64,000 nt of DNA from Paludibacteraceae bacterium. GTDB lineage: Bacteria > Bacteroidota > Bacteroidia > Bacteroidales > Paludibacteraceae. Positions 48,138-59,109 of the stretch are shown here, piece by piece. A program made the position numbers and the translations under genes. The stretch lies in the NCBI GenBank assembly GCA_045576595.1, contig JAZNGV010000031.1, positions 13,903-77,902 on the forward strand, read 5' to 3'. The notes below the pieces were generated by a model, which had not been told where the DNA came from, searched no databases, and saw only the letters and a program-made list of their open reading frames with translations. Numbering within the stretch: position 1 is the stretch's first letter; every line of letters starts with the position of its first letter.

Positions 48138-49237
48138 AGAAATTATTTACACTAATGTTTCTAATGTGCTGCGTGGCACTAACAAGCCAGGCAGAAGTGA
48201 TTAGCGGCAATTGTAGTGACACGACAGATGTGAGTTGGAATTATGACACAGAAACAAAAACTCTCACTTTTGTTGCTAACGGAACGAGAAACTTCATTCC
48301 TAATTTTGAAAATGAATCCAAGCCATGGAATGCCTACCGAGCAGATATCGAGTATATCTATTTATCTGATGGACTTACGGGTATTGGCGCATATGCATTC
48401 CATGCTCTTCCTGCATTGAAAGAAGTGCAGCTACCTCAGAGTGTAACTTGGATTGGTCAGTATGCTTTTCAGAATTGTATAGCATTACACACAGTAGGCA
48501 TGAGTAATGCTATTACCGAAATAGGTTCGCATGCTTTATCTAAATGTTACTCATTAACCACTCTGTCTATCCCCAATAGCGCCCAAGAGATTGGTTTTAG
48601 AGCCTTCCAGATGGTGCCTAACATCGCATATGCTGACGATAGAAAAACAGATTACGGTGCTCGTTGCGTGAATGGATATGTGGAGGATGATATTATTTAC
48701 ATGGATGATACCAAAAAGGTCATGGCGGCATGTTCTGCATACAAACAAGGTGCTTTGACTATAGACGCTCCCGTGGAGCAAATCAATGAGAGTGCGTTGG
48801 CAAACTGCTATCGCCTTACTTCCGTCACTTTTGGAGAAAGTATAAGCACCGTGCCTGCTAATGCCTTGGAGGACTGCAACGCACTGGAGTGTATCACACT
48901 GAGTGCCAATACGATACACCTTAAGATGTATTCCTTGGCGTGCAACAATCTGAAAGAAGTACATTGCCGAGCATTGGTTCCGCCAACGGATGTGAGCAGT
49001 TATTCCTTCTATGGGGTCGAACTGAAGAATGTTACGCTTTATGTACCGGCAGGAAGTGTGGAGGCATATAAAGAAGCAGATGTGTGGAAAGAGTTTGGTT
49101 CTATTCTTGCAGATACGGAAGGCATAGTGAATGTACAAGGTGACGAAGTACAAAGTACAAAGGTGATAAAAGACGGTCAAGTGCTCATCCTCCGCAATGG
49201 CAAGACCTACACCATGCAAGGACAAGAAGTGAAGTAA
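48134..49237 (+). CDS. Leucine-rich-repeat (BspA-type) surface protein with T9SS-like C-terminal sorting domain
   Basis: Repeated ...IG.YAF..C..L..V.LP.SV..IG..AF... units. The C-terminus KVIKDGQVLILRNGKTYTMQGQEVK is typical of Por/T9SS CTDs. Confidence 0.65.
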   Translation: MKKLFTLMFLMCCVALTSQAEVISGNCSDTTDVSWNYDTETKTLTFVANGTRNFIPNFENESKPWNAYRADIEYIYLSDGLTGIGAYAFHALPALKEVQLPQSVTWIGQYAFQNCIALHTVGMSNAITEIGSHALSKCYSLTTLSIPNSAQEIGFRAFQMVPNIAYADDRKTDYGARCVNGYVEDDIIYMDDTKKVMAACSAYKQGALTIDAPVEQINESALANCYRLTSVTFGESISTVPANALEDCNALECITLSANTIHLKMYSLACNNLKEVHCRALVPPTDVSSYSFYGVELKNVTLYVPAGSVEAYKEADVWKEFGSILADTEGIVNVQGDEVQSTKVIKDGQVLILRNGKTYTMQGQEVK

Positions 49238-49239
49238 TG

Positions 49240-49355
49240 TTGTTTTCATGCGCATATGCGGCATAAAAGCCGCCCATAAAACATAGAATTGCATTCTATT
49301 TGCAAAAAAAACACACATTTTCTTGCGTATGTCAAAAATTTGTTGTACCTTTGCC
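49240..49355 (+). repeat. Promoter-bearing cassette, copy D (drives rplS)
   Basis: ttcatgcgcatatgcggcataaaagccgcccataaaacatagaattgcattctatttgcaaaaaaaacacacattttcttgcgtatgtcaaaaatttgttgTAccTTTGcc. Confidence 0.75.
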
Positions 49356-49474
49356 CCGTTTTTCGCGTAGAGTCTCTGGCGATTGCATTAGGACGCGGAT
49401 GATTTTAGGATTCGCGTGCCGAATAGTAGTATATACTCTGCGTGCAGTACTAATCCATAAAAAAGAATAACGAA

Positions 49475-49828
49475 ATGGATTTAATTAAGATTGCTGAGCA
49501 AGCATTTGCCGGCGAGAAAAAAGAGTTGCCAGCATTCAAGGCAGGTGACCAAATTACAGTAGGTTATCGTATTAAAGAGGGTAACAAAGAGCGTGTGCAA
49601 GAGTTCCGTGGTGATGTAATCTGCATCCATGGTAGCGGAGACAAAAAGCGCTTCACCGTTCGTAAAATGTCTGGTAATGTAGGCGTTGAGCGTATCTTCC
49701 CTATGGACAGCCCATTTATCGAGAGCATCACAGTCAACAAGTATGGTAAAGTGCGTCGCGCTAAATTGTACTACTTGCGTGATCTTACAGGTAAGAAGGC
49801 TCGTATTCCAGAGCGCCGCGTGAAGTAA
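49475..49828 (+). CDS. rplS: 50S ribosomal protein L19
   Basis: 117 aa; FKAGDQITVGYRIKEGNKERVQEFRGDVI...RRAKLYYLR. Confidence 0.95.
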   Translation: MDLIKIAEQAFAGEKKELPAFKAGDQITVGYRIKEGNKERVQEFRGDVICIHGSGDKKRFTVRKMSGNVGVERIFPMDSPFIESITVNKYGKVRRAKLYYLRDLTGKKARIPERRVK

Positions 49829-49841
49829 AACGCAAACAGAT

Positions 49842-49868
49842 AGGAGTCTCCAAGCGAGGCTCCTTTTT
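49842..49868 (+). terminator. rplS terminator
   Basis: aggagtctc-caagc-gaggctcct 9-bp stem (one G-U pair) followed by TTTT. Confidence 0.7.
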
Positions 49869-51909
49869 GTATTTAAAGAGAGACGAAGTATTGTTTAAAT
49901 TAGAAAGCACATATAAACCCACAGGTGACCAGCCACAAGCGATAGAGAGTTTGGTGGCGGGAGTGCAGGCGGGCGCAGACGCGCAAGTCCTACTGGGTGT
50001 GACAGGTAGTGGTAAGACCTTTACCATCGCTAATGTCATTGCGCAACTCAACCGACCTACACTCATCATGAGCCATAACAAAACACTCGCGGCACAGTTG
50101 TACTCGGAGATGAAAACATTCTTCCCTAATAATGCCGTAGAGTATTTCGTTAGTTACTACGATTATTACCAACCCGAAGCATATATCCCATCCACCGACA
50201 CCTATATAGACAAAGATTTGTCTATCAATGAGGAGATTGACCGCCTGCGGCTCTCGGCTGTCTCGGCACTGCTGAGCGGCAGAAAAGATGTGATTATCGT
50301 CTCGTCGGTGAGTTGTATATACGGTTTGGGCAGCCCGCAGGATTTTAGCGATAATGCTATTCATCTTCGTCGCGGCGATGTGATTTCGATGGACGACCTG
50401 CTCAAGCAACTCATTGCCGCGCAATACATACGCAATGATATGGAACTCACGCGCGGACGCTTCCGCGTGAAAGGCGATACGATAGACCTCGCACTCGCAT
50501 ACGCAGACTATATAGTGCGCATCGAGTTCTTTGGCAATGAGATAGATAGTATCGCCACTGTTCATCCGCTCACAGGACAAGTATTAGAGGAATTTGATTA
50601 CTATAACCTCAGCCCCGCTACTATCTTCTGCACCAATAAAGACCGCATTACGGCAGCCAAAGAGCAAATCAAGGCGGACCTTAATAAACAGATAGACTAT
50701 TTCATCGGTTTGGGTGAAGAACTATTCGCACGGCGTATTGAGGAACGCGTCAAATACGACCTTGAGATGCTCGATGAATTAGGCTACTGCTCGGGCGTGG
50801 AGAACTACAGCCGCTATTTCGATGGACGAGAAGAAGGCACACCACCATACTGCCTGCTCGATTATTTCCCCGAAGATATGTTGCTCGTCATAGACGAGAG
50901 CCATGTGACTGTCCCGCAGATACGAGGTATGTACGGAGGAGATAAATCACGCAAGGATAACCTCGTTGCCTATGGTTTCCGCCTGCCCGCAGCACGCGAT
51001 AATAGACCCCTCACCTTCGATGAGTTTGAATCCAAAACAGGGCAGACTATCTATGTCTCTGCTACCCCTGACGAATATGAGTTGAAGAAGAGCGAAGGAA
51101 TAGTCATCGACCAGCTTATCCGTCCTACAGGACTCTTGGACCCTGAGATAGAAGTGCGACCCACAGAGCACCAAGTGGATGACCTGATGGACGAAATGCA
51201 AACACGCGCACACCGAGGCGAACGCGTATTGGTCACTACACTCACCAAACGAATGGCGGAAGAACTGGACGAGTATTTCCGTAAGTATGGCGTCTCTTCG
51301 GCGTATATACATAGCGATGTGGATACGATAGAGCGTATCAAAATCATGGAAGACCTACGCAAAGGAGAGTATGATGTGTTGGTGGGGGTAAACTTGCTAC
51401 GCGAGGGATTAGACTTGCCCGAAGTGAGCCTCGTGGCTATCTTTGACGCAGATAAAACGGGTTTCCTACGCGATAAACGCTCGTTGACACAGACCGTAGG
51501 TCGTGCCGCCAGACATGTGAATGGTAAGGCTATCCTCTATGGCGATAAGATAACACCCGCTATGCAAGCCACTATTGATGAAACGAACAGACGACGCACT
51601 ATCCAAATGCGTTATAACGAGGAGCATGGCATAATACCTACAGCCATCCGCAAGGAGATTAACACCACCGCTTTGGCTTCGCTCTACAAGGATGCCAACG
51701 AAGAGAAACAACGCGTGGAGCAGACGATACGCGAAGGATGGAAAACGGCTGACTGGCAGAAGATGGATGCTAAAGCATTAGAAAAAGCGATTGCCAACAA
51801 GAGCAAGCAAATGCTCGCGGCTGCCAAAGCGCAAGAGTACGAAATAGCTGCGCGCTTACGCGATGAATGGATAGAAATGAAAAATCGCTTGCAGGCAATG
51901 CAAGGGTAA
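49867..51909 (+). CDS. uvrB: Excinuclease ABC subunit B
   Basis: FKLESTYKPTGDQPQAI, GVTGSGKT and a C-terminal UVR domain. There is no in-frame ATG. TTG at 49867 overlaps the rplS terminator, so TTG 49891 (MFKLES...) is the more likely start. Confidence 0.92.
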   Translation: MYLKRDEVLFKLESTYKPTGDQPQAIESLVAGVQAGADAQVLLGVTGSGKTFTIANVIAQLNRPTLIMSHNKTLAAQLYSEMKTFFPNNAVEYFVSYYDYYQPEAYIPSTDTYIDKDLSINEEIDRLRLSAVSALLSGRKDVIIVSSVSCIYGLGSPQDFSDNAIHLRRGDVISMDDLLKQLIAAQYIRNDMELTRGRFRVKGDTIDLALAYADYIVRIEFFGNEIDSIATVHPLTGQVLEEFDYYNLSPATIFCTNKDRITAAKEQIKADLNKQIDYFIGLGEELFARRIEERVKYDLEMLDELGYCSGVENYSRYFDGREEGTPPYCLLDYFPEDMLLVIDESHVTVPQIRGMYGGDKSRKDNLVAYGFRLPAARDNRPLTFDEFESKTGQTIYVSATPDEYELKKSEGIVIDQLIRPTGLLDPEIEVRPTEHQVDDLMDEMQTRAHRGERVLVTTLTKRMAEELDEYFRKYGVSSAYIHSDVDTIERIKIMEDLRKGEYDVLVGVNLLREGLDLPEVSLVAIFDADKTGFLRDKRSLTQTVGRAARHVNGKAILYGDKITPAMQATIDETNRRRTIQMRYNEEHGIIPTAIRKEINTTALASLYKDANEEKQRVEQTIREGWKTADWQKMDAKALEKAIANKSKQMLAAAKAQEYEIAARLRDEWIEMKNRLQAMQG

Positions 51910-51917
51910 GGAAAATA

Positions 51918-52784
51918 TTATAAATCAATATGTTGAGCCTCAATGGAGGAGCCTAAGAAAGTGGATGCTGATTGCGCAAAGCGGTCAGCATCTTCTGTGG
52001 TTAGATAGACGCACGAACCCTCTTCGCTCAACTGCTCACGGTACTCCGCATGACGCTGCAGATAGTTCACTAAACTATCCGCCACTAATGTGCCCTGCGC
52101 GATAATATGCACACCTCCTTTGCCCATCGTGGTCAAGTGACGAGCAATAGCTTCTTTGATTAGAGGGTAATGGGTACAACCCAAAACCAAGGTGTCTATC
52201 GTCTCGTCTTGGGCAAAGAGCTTGCGCAGATAAAGGTCTATAAAATAGTCCGCCCCCGATTGGTTGTGCTCGCCTGACTCGATAAGCGGCACCCACATAG
52301 GACATTCTTGCTGACTAACTACCAATGCAGGTTGACCTGCTTGCTCACGCTCCGCGTTGATCTTGGCTAACTCCATGAGGTAGGACTGTGACTGCACTGT
52401 GGCGGGCGTGGCGAGAATACCAATATGTCCATTCGCGGTGATAGAAGGCACAGCCTCTACGGTAGGACGAATGACGCCCAACACATTCACTTTTCTGCCC
52501 GCAGGGCGCTGCGCGTTGATGAATGGTAAGTCGCGCTGCTGGATAGAACGGAGCGCTTTCGCACTCGCTGTATTACATGCCATGATAACCAATGTGCAGT
52601 CGTGCTCAATGAGGTAACGAATGGACTGCAAGGTGTATTTGTATATCACATCAAAAGAGTGGGTACCGTACGGCGCACGCGCATTATCGCCCAAGTAGAG
52701 ATAATCATACTGGGGAAGTGCTTGGCGAATAGCACGAAGTATCGTCAAACCGCCGTAACCGCTATCAAAAACACCTATTTTCAT
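51918..52784 (-). CDS. murI: Glutamate racemase
   Basis: IGVFDSGYGGLT, MACNTASA and LGCTHYP motifs; 288 aa. Confidence 0.92.
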   Translation of the reverse strand: MKIGVFDSGYGGLTILRAIRQALPQYDYLYLGDNARAPYGTHSFDVIYKYTLQSIRYLIEHDCTLVIMACNTASAKALRSIQQRDLPFINAQRPAGRKVNVLGVIRPTVEAVPSITANGHIGILATPATVQSQSYLMELAKINAEREQAGQPALVVSQQECPMWVPLIESGEHNQSGADYFIDLYLRKLFAQDETIDTLVLGCTHYPLIKEAIARHLTTMGKGGVHIIAQGTLVADSLVNYLQRHAEYREQLSEEGSCVYLTTEDADRFAQSASTFLGSSIEAQHIDL

Positions 52785-52921
52785 TTGTTCTGCTTGCCTA
52801 ATTTAGGAAAAACGCTGCAAAAGTACAAAAAAATTTTGTTATTTCAAAAAAAAGTACTAACTTTGTGCGCAATTTTAGTAAATAAATGCGATAATAGTAT
52901 TAATACCAAATAAAAAACATT

Positions 52922-54046
52922 ATGAAATTTAATGTATCCAGCAGTAAGTTATTTTCCCAATTACAGGCAGTAAGCCGTGTTATCAACAATAAGAATGCGC
53001 TTCCTATTTTGGATGATGTGTTGTTCGAGTTGGCAGGCAATGAACTTAAGTTGACCGCTTCGGATGGCGAGACTACAGTGCGCACTGCCATAGAGGTGGA
53101 AGGAGCCGAGGGCGGTGGTAAAGTAGCGAGTGCTGCTAAGTTATTATTGGAGACGCTGAGAGAGTTCTCAGAGCAGCCTTTAGCATTCACTATTGACGAG
53201 AATAATTTCGCGGTGAACATGGTGAGCCAGAATGGTACATACTCTTTCGTGGGTGTGAATGGCAATGAGTATCCTGAAATGCCACAGGATGAGGTGGACG
53301 CACAAGTGCTGACCTTGCCTGCTACTACGCTCCAAAGCGCGATAGAGAAAACGATTTTCTGTACTGCCGATGATCCTCTCCGTCCAGTGATGAATGGTAT
53401 TTATTTCGATATTTTGGAGGATAACCTCACTTTGGTGGCTACCGATGCACACCGCCTCGTTCGCTATTCGAATACAAGCGTGAAGCCGGGTATCGTTTCT
53501 AATTTCATCCTTCCTAAAAAGCCTGCAGCGCTCTTGAAGAACCTTTTGGCGAAGGAGGAAGCAGAGGTGAAGGTGACCTTTGGTCAAAAGAATGCTCGTT
53601 TTGAGTTTGATAAGACCATCGTGCTATGCCGCCGCATTGAGGGCCGCTTCCCTAACTATAACGCCGTTATCCCACAGAGCAATCAGAATGTAGTGACAGT
53701 AGATCGTCAAACGATGGTTAATGCCTGCAAGCGCGTGGCTGTCTTTGCAAATAACGGTACTGCACAATTACGCTTGGCGCTTTCTGAAAATCAGATAAAG
53801 ATTTCTGCGCAAGATATAGACTTCTCTACCAGCGCAGAGGAGATGATACAATGTGATTATCAAGGAACGGCTATGGCTATCGGTTTTAAGGCTCCATTCC
53901 TTATCGATCTGCTCTCTACCGTAGGCACGACAGATGTGCAATTGAAACTGGCTGACCCTGCTCGTGCAGGTCTTATCTTGCCGGTTGGCGAAGAGAGTGA
54001 GGAGGATGTATTGATGTTGTTGATGCCTATGTTGCTCAATGACTAA
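52922..54046 (+). CDS. dnaN: DNA polymerase III beta sliding clamp
   Basis: 374 aa; MKFNVSSSKLFSQLQAVSRVI..KNALPILDDVLFE, three-domain length, C-terminal MLLMPMLLND. Confidence 0.92.
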   Translation: MKFNVSSSKLFSQLQAVSRVINNKNALPILDDVLFELAGNELKLTASDGETTVRTAIEVEGAEGGGKVASAAKLLLETLREFSEQPLAFTIDENNFAVNMVSQNGTYSFVGVNGNEYPEMPQDEVDAQVLTLPATTLQSAIEKTIFCTADDPLRPVMNGIYFDILEDNLTLVATDAHRLVRYSNTSVKPGIVSNFILPKKPAALLKNLLAKEEAEVKVTFGQKNARFEFDKTIVLCRRIEGRFPNYNAVIPQSNQNVVTVDRQTMVNACKRVAVFANNGTAQLRLALSENQIKISAQDIDFSTSAEEMIQCDYQGTAMAIGFKAPFLIDLLSTVGTTDVQLKLADPARAGLILPVGEESEEDVLMLLMPMLLND

Positions 54047-54151
54047 AAGCACGAAAGCAAAGCTCAATTAGTATATAAAGTCTTCCCCCTCGGTATCGCC
54101 GTAAGGGAAGGCTTTATTATAGGATAAAAATTTCCTATTGCATATAGATAT

Positions 54152-56137
54152 ATGAAATATAGACCATTAACACCCATAGAGATTGAGCAACTTCAATCAC
54201 AGGACTGCTCTGCAAAAGATTGGAATGCTATTGAAGTGGCGGAGGGGTTTGACCCTCGTTATGTGCGCGATACGAATTTCTCAGGTTTCAATCGCTTGGG
54301 CGTATTCGAAAAAGAAACGATGCTGCCCGGTGGACTGACCGTCCATTCGGGTATCTACCATGCTACATTGCATAACTGCGAGATAGGTAACAACGCTCGC
54401 TTATACAATGTGCATAATTATATTGCTAACTACTGCATAGGCGATAATACATGTATTGAGAATGTGAATGCTATCTTGGTGGACGGGCGCTCCACTTTCG
54501 GTAATGGTGTGCGCGTGCCAGTGATGAACGAGGGAGGAGGTAGAGAGATACCTATCTTCAATGAGTTGTCCGCCAGTTTGGCATATATACTCACGCTCTA
54601 TCGTCATCGTCCGAAGATGATTAAGCAGTTGGAGCAGCAGATAGATGCCTACGCAGAGCAACAAGCCTCGGAGCGAGGACAGATAGGATGCAATGTGCGT
54701 ATCCTCAACTGCGGTAGTATAAAGAATGTGAAGATAGGCGATTGTGCCGAATTGATAGGTGTGAGTCGCCTTAAGAATGGTACTATCAATAGTAATCCGC
54801 AAGCGCCTGTCTATCTCGGTAGCGGTGTGAAATGTGCGGATTTTATCATCGCCTCAGGCGTTAAAATAGGGGACTCAACACTGGTGGATAAATGTTTTGT
54901 GGGGCAAGGATGTGTGTTCGATAAGCATTACTCGGCAGGAGAGTCACTCTTCTTTAGTAACTGCCAAGGAATGCACGGCGAGGCATGTGCCATCTTCGCA
55001 GGACCATACACCGTGACACACCATAAGTCCACACTGCTCATCGCAGGTCTCTTCTCCTTCCTCAATGCGGGCTCGGGTAGTAATCAATCCAACCATATGT
55101 ACAAACTCGGTCCTATTCACCAAGGTATAGCCGAGCGAGGTACGAAGACTACCAGCGATAGTTACCTCTTATGGCCCAGTAAGATAGGCGCTTTCTCACT
55201 CGTAATGGGGCGACATACACATCATGCCGATACATCCGAACTGCCGTTCTCATACCTTATAGAGAATAACTCGGAGACCTATATAGTGCCAGGCGCTAAC
55301 TTGCGTACCGTGGGTACTATCCGCGATGCACAGAAATGGCCCAAACGCGATAATAGAAAAGACCCGAAGAAATTAGACCAAATCAATTTCAATCTACTCA
55401 GTCCATACACCGTGCAGAAAATGTGGCATGGACGCGAAGTGCTCACCCAAGTGGCAGAGCAAGCTGGCAGTCCACAAGAAGTGTATGACTATAAGAACTG
55501 CAAGATACGCCATTCGTCGCTGCACCATGGCATAAGCCTCTATACGATAGGTATTCAGAAATTCCTGGGAAATAGTCTTATCAGCCGATTGGAAGATAAA
55601 CCGCTACATAGCATGGCGGATGTCTATGCTGCGCTCCAACCTAATGTGCAGGTTGGTTTGGGCAATTGGGTGGATTTGGCGGGACTCATCGTACCTAAGC
55701 ATGCTGTGAGTGCCCTCTTGGACGAGATAGAGCAGCAGAAACATAGTTTATCGGATATTCAATCCATCTTTGAGCATATGCATCAGCAGTACTATGAGTA
55801 CGAATGGGTGTGGGCGCTCGATAAGTTGGAGCATGTTTGGGGGTGCTCGTGGACAGAAGTGACTCTATCCCAATTACGCGAGACGGTAGAGCAATGGAAA
55901 GAAGCGGTGGTGTCGCTGGATAAGATGGTGTACGAAGATGCGCGTAAGGAGTTTAACCTCAATAGTCAAACAGGTTTTGGTGTGGATGGCGATAGCAAGC
56001 AAGCGGAAGCAGACTTTGAAGAAGTGCGGGGCAGCTTTGAATCCAATGCTTTCGTGCAAGCCGTACTCAAGCATATCGAACGCAAATCAGCATTGGGCAA
56101 TAAGATACTCCAACAATTAGCGGCAGTAGATGAGTGA
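54152..56137 (+). CDS. Conserved Bacteroidetes protein (DUF4954-like, beta-helix repeats)
   Basis: 661 aa with an N-terminal half of hexapeptide-like turns. The family name is recalled from memory, not searched. Confidence 0.45.
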   Translation: MKYRPLTPIEIEQLQSQDCSAKDWNAIEVAEGFDPRYVRDTNFSGFNRLGVFEKETMLPGGLTVHSGIYHATLHNCEIGNNARLYNVHNYIANYCIGDNTCIENVNAILVDGRSTFGNGVRVPVMNEGGGREIPIFNELSASLAYILTLYRHRPKMIKQLEQQIDAYAEQQASERGQIGCNVRILNCGSIKNVKIGDCAELIGVSRLKNGTINSNPQAPVYLGSGVKCADFIIASGVKIGDSTLVDKCFVGQGCVFDKHYSAGESLFFSNCQGMHGEACAIFAGPYTVTHHKSTLLIAGLFSFLNAGSGSNQSNHMYKLGPIHQGIAERGTKTTSDSYLLWPSKIGAFSLVMGRHTHHADTSELPFSYLIENNSETYIVPGANLRTVGTIRDAQKWPKRDNRKDPKKLDQINFNLLSPYTVQKMWHGREVLTQVAEQAGSPQEVYDYKNCKIRHSSLHHGISLYTIGIQKFLGNSLISRLEDKPLHSMADVYAALQPNVQVGLGNWVDLAGLIVPKHAVSALLDEIEQQKHSLSDIQSIFEHMHQQYYEYEWVWALDKLEHVWGCSWTEVTLSQLRETVEQWKEAVVSLDKMVYEDARKEFNLNSQTGFGVDGDSKQAEADFEEVRGSFESNAFVQAVLKHIERKSALGNKILQQLAAVDE

Positions 56138-56939
56138 AGCAAAAGTGACCATATTAGGATGCGGTAGTGCCAAACCCACGCGTACCACCTCTCCGTCAGG
56201 ACAACTGGTGGAGATGTGCGATAAGTCGTTCTTGGTAGATTGTGGCGAGGGAGTGCAGATAGCCATGCAGCGATTAGGTGTGCATACCTCACGCCTATAC
56301 ACCATTTTTATCTCTCATCTGCATGGCGACCATTGTTTTGGGCTCATCGGACTGCTCACCACGCTCTCGATGCTCAAGCGTACCCAACCTATGCATATCT
56401 ATGCCCATCCCGATTTGGAAAAACTGCTCACACCGCTATTACAATACCATTGTGCCGATAGAGAGTATGAGATCATTTTCCATCACATCAACCCACGGAA
56501 GCACGAAGTGATCTTCCAAGACCGCACCGTGAGTGTGGAGACTATCCCACTTAAGCATAGCGTGCCATGCTGCGGCTTTCTCTTCAAAGAGACACGCAGG
56601 GTACGATTGGAAGACGGTTCGTTCGATAGAGTAACCACCAAGCGTTATGCCTATTGCTCCGACACCATGTATAACGAGAAAATGGTGCCCATTATCGAGG
56701 GAGTGACTACACTCTACCACGAGTCCACTTATCTGGAGAGCAATGAGAAACGCAACCGAAAAGTAAAACATTCTACAGCACTCGAGGCGGCTAAAATAGC
56801 CCAGTTGACGAAGGCGAAGAAACTGATTTTAGGGCATTATAGCGCTCGAATAGAGGACCATAACCTCTTTAAGATAGAAGCCGAAACACTATTCGAAAAT
56901 GTAGTCTTAGCGGAGGAATATAATACAATAGACTTGTAA
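56130..56939 (+). CDS. rnz: Ribonuclease Z / MBL-fold hydrolase
   Basis: TILGCGSAKPT and the ISHLHGDHCFGLIGLL metallo-beta-lactamase motif; 269 aa. Confidence 0.75.
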   Translation: MSEAKVTILGCGSAKPTRTTSPSGQLVEMCDKSFLVDCGEGVQIAMQRLGVHTSRLYTIFISHLHGDHCFGLIGLLTTLSMLKRTQPMHIYAHPDLEKLLTPLLQYHCADREYEIIFHHINPRKHEVIFQDRTVSVETIPLKHSVPCCGFLFKETRRVRLEDGSFDRVTTKRYAYCSDTMYNEKMVPIIEGVTTLYHESTYLESNEKRNRKVKHSTALEAAKIAQLTKAKKLILGHYSARIEDHNLFKIEAETLFENVVLAEEYNTIDL

Positions 56940-56942
56940 TCT

Positions 56943-58310
56943 ATGGCAAAGCAAACCATTCAATATGTATGTTCGTCCTGCGGTGCAAAAGCTCCGCAGT
57001 TATTAGGTCGCTGCCCCATATGCGGAGAGTGGGGAACATACGAAGAAGAGATAGTCACTTCTTCTTCCTCTTCATCCAAACACACCTTGTCCGTCTCCTT
57101 AGGAGGACATGCTAAAGCACAACGATTACACGAAGTGTCGGCAACGGAAGAGATGCGTATCGACATGCATAATGGAGAACTCAATCGTGTGTTAGGCGGA
57201 GGACTGGTGCCGGGTAGTCTGGTACTTATCGGGGGCGAGCCTGGTATAGGTAAGTCCACACTTGCTTTGCAAGTACTGCTCCAGATGGGCGATAAACGCA
57301 CTTATTATGCGAGTGGAGAAGAGAGCGTGAAGCAAATCAAACTGCGGGCAGAACGATTGGCAGGAGACGCAACGAACTTATTCATCTCAAGCGATACATC
57401 CCTCGAACATATATTGGAGCAAGTAGCAGAAATACAACCCGAAGTGGTGGTGATTGACTCAATACAAACGATTGGTACTGAGACGATTGACGCTACTATT
57501 GGTAGTCTGTCACAAGTGCGCGAATGTGCCGCTAAAATACTGGAGTTTGCCAAGACTCGCAATGTGCCTTTCTTGCTCATCGGACATATTAATAAAGAAG
57601 GTGCTCTCTCGGGACCCAAAGTGCTGGAGCATATAGTGGATACGGTATTGCAGTTTGAGGGCGACCAACATTATATGTATCGTATGCTGCGCGCGCAGAA
57701 AAACCGCTTTGGTTCTACCTCCGAATTGGGTATTTATGAGATGAGACAAGATGGTTTGCGTGAAGTGACCAATCCATCCGAACTGCTCCTTTCTACAGCC
57801 AGGGAAGGGCTCTCAGGCGTTTCTATCGCGGCGGCAGTAGAGGGAGTGAGACCTTTCCTTATCGAAGTGCAAGCATTGGTTTCTTCTGCTGCCTATGGTA
57901 CGCCTCAACGCTCTTCCACAGGATTTGATGCCAAGCGACTCAATATGCTTCTCGCAGTACTCGAGAAACGCGTGGGATTCAAACTATTGCAAAAGGATGT
58001 ATTCCTTAATATAGCGGGCGGAATGCGCGTGCAGGATCCCGCGATCGACCTTGCGGTACTCGCGGCAGTGCTCAGCAGCAATATGGATATAGCGCTCGAT
58101 GCCAGTACATGCTTGTGCGGAGAGGTTGGGCTCGCAGGAGAAGTGCGTTCGGTCAATCGCATTGACCAACGCATACAAGAAGCACAGAAATTGGGCTTCA
58201 AACGCATACTCATTCCTGCAGAACAAAAAGTCGATTCAAAACGATTCCAAATAGAAATTATTCCTGTAAAAAAAGTAGTGGATGCCTTCCGCCTATTAAT
58301 AAAATCATAG
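56943..58310 (+). CDS. radA: DNA repair protein RadA/Sms
   Basis: Zinc finger CSSCGAKAPQLLGRCPICGEW, Walker A GGEPGIGKST, KNRFG motif and a Lon-like C-domain. Confidence 0.93.
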   Translation: MAKQTIQYVCSSCGAKAPQLLGRCPICGEWGTYEEEIVTSSSSSSKHTLSVSLGGHAKAQRLHEVSATEEMRIDMHNGELNRVLGGGLVPGSLVLIGGEPGIGKSTLALQVLLQMGDKRTYYASGEESVKQIKLRAERLAGDATNLFISSDTSLEHILEQVAEIQPEVVVIDSIQTIGTETIDATIGSLSQVRECAAKILEFAKTRNVPFLLIGHINKEGALSGPKVLEHIVDTVLQFEGDQHYMYRMLRAQKNRFGSTSELGIYEMRQDGLREVTNPSELLLSTAREGLSGVSIAAAVEGVRPFLIEVQALVSSAAYGTPQRSSTGFDAKRLNMLLAVLEKRVGFKLLQKDVFLNIAGGMRVQDPAIDLAVLAAVLSSNMDIALDASTCLCGEVGLAGEVRSVNRIDQRIQEAQKLGFKRILIPAEQKVDSKRFQIEIIPVKKVVDAFRLLIKS

Positions 58311-58412
58311 GATTTTGTTAAAAAACTAACTTTTTTTTGCGTATCCCAATTATTTTTTGTATCTTTGCACGCTTGATTTGTTGAGCGCGCGTATATACGC
58401 GTGTGACTTGGA

Positions 58413-59105
58413 ATGATTAAATGCGTCAAATATAGTGTAATCTGCTTGTTTCTTCTCTTGGGTGTCTATGCTCAGGCGGATGACCGTCCGTATTTATGCG
58501 AGTTCGGCGTACAGGGCGGTTGCGGTTATTATGTAGGCGATGCCACGCCGCATATCTTCATGAATGTGCGTGAGGCATATGGTGCGCATTTCAGGTATAA
58601 GTTCACATCCCGCTGGGCACTGCAGGTAAAGGGGTTGTCGCAGCGTATTGTAGGCTCGGATTATACAATCAGAGGCGAGCAATTGGATACGCAGTGGGAG
58701 AATCAGATGATAAACATCGATGTGATGGCAGAGTTCAATTTCTTCCGCTACGGAATGGGGAAAAGCTACACACGCGTCAAGCCTTACACGCCCTATATAT
58801 TCTTGGGAGTAGGCGCAGCAGTGTATGGTTATGGTCAGGAGAACTTTAGTATCAATAATGTGGCTTGCTATGTGCCATTAGGCATCGGATTTAAGTGGAA
58901 ATTTGCAGAGTGGTGCGGGCTTAATATTGCATGGCAGCATAATATTTACATGACGGATAATATTGAATGTAGGGAGACGCTCGATAATAAACATCAGCTC
59001 AATGGGTGGAACTGGATGAACTGTGATGTGACGGGCCAGTTAACACTCGGATTAGTGTTTGAGTTCGGACGCGCTCCGGGAGATTGTAGAATTTGTAATT
59101 ATTAG
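58413..59105 (+). CDS. Outer-membrane beta-barrel protein (DUF6089-like)
   Basis: 230 aa with a signal peptide and aromatic-rich alternating strands. It lies upstream of uppS, as is common in Bacteroidetes. Confidence 0.5.
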   Translation: MIKCVKYSVICLFLLLGVYAQADDRPYLCEFGVQGGCGYYVGDATPHIFMNVREAYGAHFRYKFTSRWALQVKGLSQRIVGSDYTIRGEQLDTQWENQMINIDVMAEFNFFRYGMGKSYTRVKPYTPYIFLGVGAAVYGYGQENFSINNVACYVPLGIGFKWKFAEWCGLNIAWQHNIYMTDNIECRETLDNKHQLNGWNWMNCDVTGQLTLGLVFEFGRAPGDCRICNY

Positions 59106-59109
59106 TACT

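Noticed and set aside
48554-49318. 254-aa minus-strand ORF opposite the LRR gene
   Set aside because: It is antisense to a gene with clear LRR periodicity and a T9SS-like CTD. Its N-terminus is the translated promoter cassette (FANRMQFYVLW), which recurs as an artefact at other cassette copies.
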